Part shown: positions 9,116 to 17,900 of the stretch, in pieces
Layout of the letters: each line of letters starts with the position of its first letter
How positions within the stretch are numbered: position 1 is the first letter of the stretch
NCBI GenBank assembly: GCA_963663275.1
Contig: OY760183.1
Coordinates: 2,784,001 to 2,848,000 of the forward strand
Length of the DNA: 64,000 bases
DNA from: Chloroflexota bacterium
GTDB lineage: Bacteria > Chloroflexota > UBA11872 > VXOZ01
Reading direction: 5' to 3'
The notes under the pieces: generated by a model
The model's input: only the letters and a program-made list of their open reading frames with translations
Told to the model about the DNA's origin: nothing
Databases searched by the model: none
Program-made: the position numbers and the translations under genes

Positions 9116-9213
9116 CGGCCCGGGTCTTCGTCCTCACCGCCGCTCAGGACTCGGGGCGCTCCTCAATGCCGTCGCCTCACGTTTCATTGCGAAGGGCACG
9201 GCGTCACGCATCC

Positions 9214-9600
9214 CCGGTAGCGCAGGTTTGTAACCTGCGCACTCGTGGGGTCACTATGTGATAACGGTTTTCCCATGCGAAACCGCCGGTGATTGCCTAT
9301 CGCGCCTCACCTTCCGGCGGGGGACAAGCCCCCGCGCTACGTTCCGGCTCTCCCTCCGGTGGGGGACAAGCCCCAATACTGTCGCATTAACGTAGCGCGG
9401 GGGCTTGTCCCCCGCCGGAATAAGAGAAATGCTAACGAAATGGATTGACCCTACGGAAGACGCAGGTTACAAACCTGCGCTACCGGAGAAACGAGCGTTG
9501 TTTTCACTCTCATTGTGTTTAATGCGACAGCATTGGGGACAAGCCCCCGCGCTACGTTTTCGCTTCTCCCTCCGGCGGGGGACTAGCCCCCGCGCTACGT
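9214..9600. repeat. Cluster of GTAG-family REP palindromes (REP-A GTAGCGCGGGGGCTTGTCCCCCGC, REP-B GTAGCGCAGGTTTGTAACCTGCG)
   Basis: Multiple copies between convergent genes; the same motifs recur at 21086-21633, 52701-52762 and 55238-55497. Confidence 0.85.
9374..9535 (+). mobile_element. 162-bp MITE (family A), copy 1
   Basis: 17-bp TIRs CAATACTGTCGCATTAA / TTAATGCGACAGCATTG; 11-bp TSD GGGACAAGCCC at 9363-9373 and 9536-9546. Confidence 0.9.
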
Positions 9601-9656
9601 TGACCCGACAGTATTTGGGGCGATCCTCGCCAGGCTCTGCCGCGTGCGCGTACACC

Positions 9657-10868
9657 TCAAGAAGCCTCAGTCCCCTGACCCGTGCGCCGGAAGGCCGCGT
9701 AGGTCAAGATTGGCATGACCATCGCCACGGGCAGCAGGCTCAGCATGGCGATACGAAATGAGAACGTCTCCGCCACCACGCCGATTACGTAAGGCGGCAG
9801 CACGCCGCCTACCGCCGCGCCCAGCAGCAGCAGAATGGCAACCGTGCCCGGCCGGCGGGGAAACCGCTGCAAGGCCAAAGCCATCATGGTCGGGAACATG
9901 GCCGCCACGCACAAGCCGAGCAAGAAGACGGCCGCGTAGACGACCCACGCCGCCGGGGCCACGCCAAGCACAAGAATCAGCGGCACGCTGACGATTAGAG
10001 GAATTTGCAGAATCTGTTCGGTTGAGAAGAACCGGGTCAGCCACACGATCGCCAGCCGTCCGAGAAATATCGCCGCCCAAAACAGCGAAACCAACGCCGT
10101 GCTTCGACCGTAAGGCTCCTGAAACTCCTCGGTCAGGTAGGTTACGCCCCAGCCGATGAGCGAGACTTCCACCCAGATGTAGACCAAGAGCGCCGCGGTC
10201 ACCAGCACGATGACGCCGTTGCGCGCCAGGGGCAGGACGTTGGCCCGGCTCAGCCGTTCCAGGGCGGGCGCTTGGGGGAGTTGCACGCGCAGCGCCAGCG
10301 GCAGGCAGGCAAACCCCAGCACGCCGATCGCCAGCATCGGCAAGCGCCAGTTTATGTCAAGGGACAAGCCAATCAGCAGCGGACTGAGCACGGCGCTGAG
10401 ACCAAAGAACATGTGCAGGCGGTTGAGATCCGCCACGCGGTTGCCGGAACTAACGTCCGATACCGTCACGTTCGTTATTATGTCAATACATCCCAGTCCC
10501 GCGCCGGTAAAGAGCATGAAGACCGCCAGGACGGCCCAGTGCGGCGCCAGTCCCCAGCCTAAGTAGCCGATTCCCAGCATCAGGCTCGCGCCTACCAGCA
10601 CCGGCCGCCGCCCGTAGCCGTCCACCACGTAGCCCGCCACCATCACCGCCAAGGCGAATCCCGCCGTGGCCAGCGGAAAGACGATGCCGACGCTCGCGAC
10701 GCTCAGGGAAAACTCGTTGCGCATCGCCGGCAAGGAGGGGCCGATGAGGTTCCAGCCCAGCCCCATCAGGATGACGAGCGCGTAGTTCAAGAGCGTTAAG
10801 AGGCGATAGCTGGGGACTTCCCGCTGGGCATTCTCCGCCGGGAGTGTTGAAGAGGCTGGCTTTAGCAT
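9657..10868 (-). CDS. MFS transporter
   Basis: ~12 hydrophobic segments; GYVVDGYGRR loop 2-3 motif. Confidence 0.9.
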   Translation of the reverse strand: MLKPASSTLPAENAQREVPSYRLLTLLNYALVILMGLGWNLIGPSLPAMRNEFSLSVASVGIVFPLATAGFALAVMVAGYVVDGYGRRPVLVGASLMLGIGYLGWGLAPHWAVLAVFMLFTGAGLGCIDIITNVTVSDVSSGNRVADLNRLHMFFGLSAVLSPLLIGLSLDINWRLPMLAIGVLGFACLPLALRVQLPQAPALERLSRANVLPLARNGVIVLVTAALLVYIWVEVSLIGWGVTYLTEEFQEPYGRSTALVSLFWAAIFLGRLAIVWLTRFFSTEQILQIPLIVSVPLILVLGVAPAAWVVYAAVFLLGLCVAAMFPTMMALALQRFPRRPGTVAILLLLGAAVGGVLPPYVIGVVAETFSFRIAMLSLLPVAMVMPILTYAAFRRTGQGTEAS

Positions 10869-11026
10869 TGATTAGTTGATCGTCGCCTCAAATCCTGGCA
10901 GCCGCCTGACATCCTTGACACCCAGGCGCATCCTCGACGCCCCGGCAACCGGCTCCGCCTGCGAGCCTTTCACGCCTCTCAACATTGCGGCCCCCGCGCG
11001 GCCCGCAAACCGGCACGTGAACCGCC

Positions 11027-12316
11027 TCATGCCCGGTAGGCCGCCGCTACCTTGTAGATCGCCGCCAGCACGTCGTCGAGGTCTTCCTGCTGAAGCGTCG
11101 GGTAGACCTCGAGCCGGAAGGAGCGTTGGCCCACGTCCCGGGCATGGGGGCATTCTACACGGGAATAGTCAACTCCGGCGAACGGTTGCGCCGTGTCGCC
11201 GTAGCCCTTCTTCTGACGGTAGACCGGCTCCAGGTAGAGTTCGGCGCTGGTGCCCCGCGCGGCGCGCACGCCCTCGGCCTGCAACGCCCGCACGAACTCG
11301 TCGCGGTCGCAGCTAAGGGCCTCCGGTTTCAGCGTAACGTAGTAGCAGTAAAAGGCGTGTTCAGACTCCGGCGTCTCAGGCGCGGGACTGAGCACCGCTC
11401 CCAGTTCGCTGAGACCCTGCGTGAGGTAGCGCGCGTTTTCGCGGCGCCGCCGCAGGTGCCAATCCAGCCGCGCCAGCGCCTTGACGCCGATCGCGCTCTG
11501 CATCTCCGTCATGCGGTAGTTGTAGCCGACGCGGTAGTGGGTGTACTGGTTCAACGCGCCGCGCGCCAACGCGCTGCGGCGTTCCGCTTCGTGAAAGCCG
11601 TGGTCGCGGAAACCGCGGGCTACCTCAACGGCCGCCGGGTCGTCGGTACCCACGATGCCGCCCTCGCCGCCGGTGGTGAAGATCTTGTCCTGGCAAAAGC
11701 TCCAGGCGTTCATGTCGCCCAGACTCCCCACCGTCCGGCCGCGATAGGTCGCGCCGTGGGCCTGGGCGCAATCCTCGATCACCGCCAGACCGCGCTTGCG
11801 GGCCAATGCCAGCAGCGGATCCATGTCCGCCGGCAGACCGGCGAGATGCACCGGAATGACCGCCGTGGTGCGCGGCGTGATGCGCTCCGCCACGGACTCT
11901 ACCGCGAGCGTGTGCGTTGCCGGATCGATGTCGGCAAAGATTGGCGCGGCGAATTGGTTGGTGACCGCCGAGGCGGTGGCGATGAAACTGCGCGCCGGCA
12001 CGATCACCTCATCGCCCGGCTTCACGCCGGCCGCCGCCAAGGCCACGTGGAGCGCGCTCGTGCCGCTGTTCACGGCAATCGCTTCCGCGACGCCCATGCG
12101 GGCGGCGAACGCCGCTTGAAATTCACGGCCGCACTCCCCGGTCCAATAGTTCACGCGGCCCGATTCCAGCACCGACTGCACGGCCTCTTTCTCATCATCC
12201 CAAAAGACCGGCCAGCGGGGAAACGGGCGTTGTTTCACGTCCCGCACCGGCGCGCCGCCCTCGATGGCGAGTTCTTGCAGGCGCTGACGTTCCCCTGCGA
12301 CAGTCTGTTGTGCCAC
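11027..12316 (-). CDS. DegT/DnrJ/EryC1/StrS PLP-dependent aminotransferase
   Basis: NSGTSALH, IEDCAQAHG, SFCQDKIFTTGGEGG, GYNYRM. Confidence 0.92.
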   Translation of the reverse strand: MAQQTVAGERQRLQELAIEGGAPVRDVKQRPFPRWPVFWDDEKEAVQSVLESGRVNYWTGECGREFQAAFAARMGVAEAIAVNSGTSALHVALAAAGVKPGDEVIVPARSFIATASAVTNQFAAPIFADIDPATHTLAVESVAERITPRTTAVIPVHLAGLPADMDPLLALARKRGLAVIEDCAQAHGATYRGRTVGSLGDMNAWSFCQDKIFTTGGEGGIVGTDDPAAVEVARGFRDHGFHEAERRSALARGALNQYTHYRVGYNYRMTEMQSAIGVKALARLDWHLRRRRENARYLTQGLSELGAVLSPAPETPESEHAFYCYYVTLKPEALSCDRDEFVRALQAEGVRAARGTSAELYLEPVYRQKKGYGDTAQPFAGVDYSRVECPHARDVGQRSFRLEVYPTLQQEDLDDVLAAIYKVAAAYRA

Positions 12317-12333
12317 GCTCGTTTCTCCTCCGT

Positions 12334-14340
12334 TTAACGTTCAACCGGCGCCAGCGCTCGCCAGTGGCGCAAGACCTCGGCCACGCTCCAGGCCTGGGCG
12401 TAGCAGCCGCACGGCGCGTGGGGCGCATCGCCGTCGAACACTTCGCTGATCGTGCCCAACGCCCCTTCGGTCATTTGTACTACAAAGCCGTTGAGGACGT
12501 TACGCGCCGCGTCTTCGTCACCCTCGTAGCGCAGCAGCGCGTCGAGATACGGCCCAATGAGCCAGCCCCACACCGTGCCGTTATGGTAACTGCCTTCGCG
12601 CTCCCACAGAGAGCCGCCGTACCGTCCCCGGTATTGCGCGTCGCCGGGCGCGAGCGAGCGCAAGCCCGCCGGCGTCAGCAAGGTAGCGTCGACGACCTTC
12701 AAGACCTGCCGCGCCGCCGCCGCCGGCACAAGGGAATGCGGCAGACTGAGCGCGAAGAGTTGATTCGGACGCAGCGCGGGGTCGTCTTCACCGTCCGGGC
12801 CGTCGATGACATCGTACAGGTAGCCGCCTTCCGCGTACCAGAAGCGGCGCATGAAGTGTTGCTCGACGGCCTTGCGCCACTCGACGATTTCGCCCGCGGG
12901 CTTGCCGTTTCCCTCGCGCCACCGCTCCAGCAGGCACAGCGCATTGTACCAGAGCGCCTGGATCTCCACCGGCTTGCCCATGCGCGGCGTGGGCAGCCAG
13001 TCGCCCGCCTTGACGTCCATCCACGTCAACTGCACGCCCGGTTCGCCGGCCCACACCAGGCCGTCCGCCGGATCCACGTGGATATTGTAGCGGGTGCCGT
13101 GGTAGTAGCGGTGGACGATTTCATCGAGCGCCGGCAAGAGTTCGCGCAGCAGCGCCTCATCGCCGGTTGCCTCCAGATAGGCGTGCAGCGCCTGGAAGTA
13201 CCACAGCGTCGCGTCCACCGTATTGTACTCCGGCGCCGCGCCCACGTCCGGGAAGCGGTTGGGAATCATGCCCTCGCTCACGTAAGCGCCAAAGGTGCGC
13301 AGCAGGTCCCGCGCCGCGTCCGCCCGATTTGTGGCGAGCGCGAGACCCGGCAGGCTGATCATCGTATCCCGCCCCCAGTCGCCGAACCACGGGTAGCCGG
13401 CGATTACCGTGAGGGATTCCTCGCCCTCCGCCAACGTTCGTTCCACCAGGCATTGGTCGGCGGCGATAACCAGTTGCGCGCCGAAAGGGTCGGCGCTTGG
13501 ATCAATGGCGGCGTGCTCCACCAGCGCGGCGGCGCGCGCGCTCTCTTCGTTCAGGGCGCGCTCCGCATCGCGCTCTATCCGTTCCAGGGGTTCGACGCTG
13601 GCGATCAGGCACGCGCTCTCGCCGGGCGCGATCGCTGCCGCGCAGTCCAGCGGATGGTAGAGGTCTTCCACGTAGTCCAGGGCCCGCGCGCGTTCCTCGC
13701 GGTAGACGTAATTCCAATACCACTCGTCTCGCGGCTCGAAAGCGGCGCCGCCGCCGCAGAAGAGGTGGAGCGGCGGCGCGTCCCGGGGAGAAGATACCGT
13801 AGCGTGGCCGGCGTCATGCAGGGCCACGGCGGGGCGTGTTTCGTCGGAGCCGCGCTCGAGCGCGTGGAAGTCCCGCAGGGCGGTGAAGAGCCGTATCGTC
13901 AGCGTGATCGGCTCGTCGCCGGTGACGTGGGTGTACGTCACGTACGTCGTGTTCCGGCCGTGCGCCAGCCAAATGCGCTTCTCGAGGACGTTCGCGCCAA
14001 CGCGGTACCGGAAAACCGGAATCTGTCCCTCGAGGGCCACCGCGTCCAACGCGGTATAGCCCTGCGGATGGATTACGCCGGGGTGGAATTCATTAGCGCC
14101 GAGTTCGTAGGCTTGGCCGCCAACGGACGCAACTTCGTCCACTTTCGCCAGCATCACCGCGCGCCCCAGCGGCGGCTCGAGCGCGGCGACCAAGAGGCCG
14201 TGGTAGCGGCGCGTATTGATGCCCATCACCGTCCCGCTGGCGTAGCCGCCGATGCCGTTCGTCACCAGCCACTCGCGCTGAATCGCGGCATCCAGGTCGT
14301 GGAGAACAGGGGCGTCGAGAGAGGCAGTCGCTTCAGACAC
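12334..14340 (-). CDS. Glycogen debranching enzyme / amylo-alpha-1,6-glucosidase
   Basis: EWLVTNGIGGYASGT, RRYHGLL, IAGYPWFGDWGRDTMISLPG, TWMD, YHNGTVW, QAWSVAE; start moved to GTG 14340 because the longer ORF overlaps tRNA-Phe. Confidence 0.9.
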   Translation of the reverse strand: MSEATASLDAPVLHDLDAAIQREWLVTNGIGGYASGTVMGINTRRYHGLLVAALEPPLGRAVMLAKVDEVASVGGQAYELGANEFHPGVIHPQGYTALDAVALEGQIPVFRYRVGANVLEKRIWLAHGRNTTYVTYTHVTGDEPITLTIRLFTALRDFHALERGSDETRPAVALHDAGHATVSSPRDAPPLHLFCGGGAAFEPRDEWYWNYVYREERARALDYVEDLYHPLDCAAAIAPGESACLIASVEPLERIERDAERALNEESARAAALVEHAAIDPSADPFGAQLVIAADQCLVERTLAEGEESLTVIAGYPWFGDWGRDTMISLPGLALATNRADAARDLLRTFGAYVSEGMIPNRFPDVGAAPEYNTVDATLWYFQALHAYLEATGDEALLRELLPALDEIVHRYYHGTRYNIHVDPADGLVWAGEPGVQLTWMDVKAGDWLPTPRMGKPVEIQALWYNALCLLERWREGNGKPAGEIVEWRKAVEQHFMRRFWYAEGGYLYDVIDGPDGEDDPALRPNQLFALSLPHSLVPAAAARQVLKVVDATLLTPAGLRSLAPGDAQYRGRYGGSLWEREGSYHNGTVWGWLIGPYLDALLRYEGDEDAARNVLNGFVVQMTEGALGTISEVFDGDAPHAPCGCYAQAWSVAEVLRHWRALAPVER

Positions 14341-14373
14341 GGGGCGCAACCCTTGGTCACTGGCAACGTTGGG

Positions 14374-14446
14374 TGCCGAGAGCCGGAGTCGAACCGGCGA
14401 CACCAGGATTTTCAGTCCTGTGCTCTACCAACTGAGCTATCTCGGC
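14374..14446 (-). tRNA. tRNA-Phe(GAA)
   Basis: GCCGAGATAGCTCAGTTGGTAGAGCACAGGACTGAAAATCCTGGTGTCGCCGGTTCGACTCCGGCTCTCGGCA; followed by CCC, so CCA is not encoded. Confidence 0.96.
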
Positions 14447-14453
14447 AAGTGGC

Positions 14454-14530
14454 TGGTGGGCGATGCAGGACTCGAACCTGCGGCCTCTACTTTGTAAGAG
14501 TAGCGCTCTAACCAGCTGAGCTAATCACCC
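14454..14530 (-). tRNA. tRNA-Val(TAC)
   Basis: GGGTGATTAGCTCAGCTGGTTAGAGCGCTACTCTTACAAAGTAGAGGCCGCAGGTTCGAGTCCTGCATCGCCCACCA. Confidence 0.96.
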
Positions 14531-14540
14531 ACGCAATCCG

Positions 14541-14569
14541 ATTGTATCACCGCCCCGCGCCGCGTTCAA
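14541..14569 (-). promoter_or_regulatory. sigma70-type promoter for the tRNA-Val/Phe pair
   Basis: TTGAAC-N17-TACAAT on the minus strand just upstream of tRNA-Val. Confidence 0.6.
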
Positions 14570-14762
14570 CCACATCCCTCTGTCAAGCGCATGATTGCCC
14601 CGCCCCGGCCTTGCCGGATTCGCCAGCGCGCTTGGCGTTTGCGGAATGGCGCAATCCCCATGGATAAACGAAGCGCGGGGCCGCTCGCCGCAGCGCCGAC
14701 GGACGCGTGGCGCGCCCTCAGATTCTCTGTATCCGCCGCCCAGCATTAAGCCGCTTCTCACC

Positions 14763-14791
14763 TTGACGAGTCGAATACCGTCCGCTATCAT
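14763..14791 (+). promoter_or_regulatory. sigma70-type promoter for gltB
   Basis: TTGACG-N17-TATCAT. Confidence 0.55.
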
Positions 14792-14951
14792 TCAATCACA
14801 CTTGTTGCGGAGTGAAGCGCGGGGCGCGTACAATGAGGTATGAGGAACTCCTGTACGGAGTCCCTCATTTTCACGTTTAAGGGACGTGCCCCCATTTGGA
14901 GAAAACGCGGCGGGGCCAACGGTCATCCGGAAAACCAACTGAGAAGTAGCA

Positions 14952-17900
14952 ATGGATCTTCCAAGTAGCTTTAGTCCTATGTCACCTGAACGAAAGCCGA
15001 AGCCGGCCGGTCTCTACCGTCCGGAATTCGAATTCGACGCCTGCGGCGTTGGCTTCATCGCGAGCATTTCCGGCGTGCCGGAGCACAGCATTCTCCGGAC
15101 GGCGGTCCAGGCCGTGGTGGGGCTTACCCACCGGGGCGCAATCTCCGCCGACGGACGCACCGGCGACGGCGCCGGCATCCTGACGCAACTCCCGCGCCGC
15201 TTGCTGCTGCGCGAACTGGCGGAGCGCGGCATCCGGCACGTTGCCGCCGACGACATCGGCCTCGGCATGGTCTATCTCCCTCCGGCTGACGATCCTTCAG
15301 CGAAACAAGCCGTGGCGGTCGTCAACCGCGTGTTGGAGGAGCACGGCATCCCGCTGCTCGCGTGGCGGCCGGCGCCGGTTGACGTGGCCGCGCTGGGGGA
15401 GATCGCCGCCCGCAGCATGCCCGACATCCAGCAGGTGCTGGTGCAGCGCCCCGCCGGCCTGGACGATCTGGCGTTCGAGCGCGCGCTCTACGTGGCCCGC
15501 AGGAACATCCAGGGCGAGGCCCAGCGCGCGGGCATCGACGCCCTCTACCTGCCCTCGTTTTCCCATCGCACCGTGGTCTACAAGGCGCTGCTGGTGGCGG
15601 CGCAACTTGCCGAATTCTACCTAGACTTGAAAGACCCGGACTACGAGACCGCGCTGGCGGTTTTCCACCAGCGCTACAGCAGCAATACGTTTCCCACGTG
15701 GCAGTTAGCCCAACCGTTCCGCCTGCTCGCCCATAATGGCGAGATCAACACTCTGTGGGGCAACCGCAACTGGACACGCGCCCGCGAGCACAGCATGATC
15801 GCCGCGGCCTGGGACGAACGGATCGACGCGGGCATTCCCTTCATCGAGCCCGAAGGGAGCGACTCGGCGTCATTGGACAATCTTGCCGAATTCATGCACC
15901 TTTCCGGCCGGGACATCCTGCACACGCTGGCCATGATGATGCCGGAAGCCTGGGAACACGACGAGGACATGGACCCCGACCTCCGCGCCTTCCACGCCTA
16001 CCATGCGGGTCTTGCCGAACCGTGGGAAGGCCCGGCCGCGCTGGCGTTCACCGACGGCCGCGTCGCGGCGGCGAGCCTGGACCGCAACGGCCTGCGCCCG
16101 GCCCGCTACAAAGTCACCCGTTCCGGCATGGTCGTTGTTTCCTCGGAGGCAAGCGCCGCGATCGTGCCCGACGCCGACGTCATCGAGAAAGGGCGTCTCG
16201 GCCCCGGCGAGATGATTGCCGTCGATACGGAAAACCATCGCCTCTTGACCGATAGAGACATCAAGCGGCGCTTGGCCGAGCGCGCGCCCTACGGCGCGTG
16301 GCTGCGGGAGCGCCGGGTACGCGCCAAGGCGCCGGCGCTGGACCCGGCTGATAGTCTCGACTTCGACAAAGACACCCTCGGCGTCATGCACCGCGCCTTT
16401 GGCTACGGCAACGAGGAACTGCGCATGGTGCTCGATCCTATGGGCAAAGAGGGCAAAGACGCCGTGTGGTCCATGGGGAACGACACGCCGCTGGCCGCGC
16501 TTTCGTCCCAGCCGCGCTCGTTCTTCAACTATTTCAAGCAGCGGTTCGCGCAGGTCACTAATCCGCCCATCGATCCGCTGCGCGAGTCGCTCGTGATGTC
16601 GCTCAGGAGTTACATCGGCGGCCGGGGCAACATCCTTACGGAAACGCCCGGGCACGCCCACCTGCTGGAGTTCGAGAGTCCGCTGCTGGACCACGGCCAA
16701 TTCAGAGACCTGGTGCACCAGTACGACTCCTCGTTCTCCTCGATCATGCTCTCCACGCTCTATCCGGTTGCCGAAGGAAGAGCGGGCATCGAGAGGGCGC
16801 TCCGCCGGCTCTGCAAGCACGCCGAGGAGAGCATCGACAAAGGGCGGACCGTCCTGATCCTCAGCGATCTCGGCGTGGGACCCGACCATGCGCCGATTCC
16901 AATTATGCTGGCGGCTTCCGCCGTGCACCAGCACCTGGCGCGCGCCCGTAAGCGCATGCAGGCCAGCATCGTCGTCGAGAGCGGCGAGGTGTGGGACATC
17001 CACCACTTCGCCTGTCTCCTCGGCCACGGCGTCGGATTCGTCTATCCCTACCTTGCCTTTGAGACCATTCGGCACCTGGCGGAGACGGATCGGCGGCAAA
17101 CGGTGGACACAATCACGGCGTGGCGGCACTATCGCGCGTCGGTGGAAGACGGTTTGCTCAAGATCATGTCCAAAATGGGCATCTCGACGCTGGGGGGCTA
17201 TCGCGGCGCGCAGATCTTCGAGATAGTCGGCCTGAACAGCGCCGTCTCCGACGACTATTTTACCGGCACGCCTTCCCGCATCGAGGGCCTCGGCCTGGAG
17301 GAGATTGCGGCGGAAGTTGCCGAACGCCACGCCGCGGCGTTCGGCGAGTCCACCGGCGCCTTGCGCGGGAAGAGAAACGGCAGGCTGCCGGACTACGGCC
17401 TCTACCGGTTCCGGCGGAACGGCGAGTACCACGCCTATAGTCCCAGCATCGTACAGGCGCTCCAATTGGCGGCGCGCACTGGCAAGACGGAAGACTACCG
17501 GCAGTACGCCGAGGCCGTGTACAGCCGGCCGCCGACCTGCCTGCGGGACTTGCTGGAATTAGTGCCGGGGGCTCCTATCCCCATTGAAGAGGTTGAACCC
17601 GTAGAGGAAATCCGCCGCCGCTTTACATCCCAAGCCATGTCGCTCGGCGCGCTCTCACCGGAGGCGCACAAGGCTATCGCCATTGCGCTGAACCGCATCG
17701 GCGGGCGCAGCAACACCGGTGAAGGCGGGGAGGACCCGGACTGGTACAAGCCGCTGCCCAACGGCGATTCCGCCAGTTGCGCGGTCAAGCAGGTGGCCAG
17801 CGCCCGCTTTGGCGTGACCACCGAATACCTCACCCAGGCGCAGGAGTTGGAAATCAAGATGGCGCAAGGCTCGAAACCGGGCGAAGGCGGCCAACTGCCC

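Noticed and set aside
9405-9761. Small ORFs across REP/MITE clusters (also 21235-21675, 55053-55334)
   Set aside because: Their translations (RGTSPRAT etc.) are just repeat sequence read through
14374-14530. tRNA-anchored genomic island
   Set aside because: No integrase and no duplicated tRNA 3' end seen in the window
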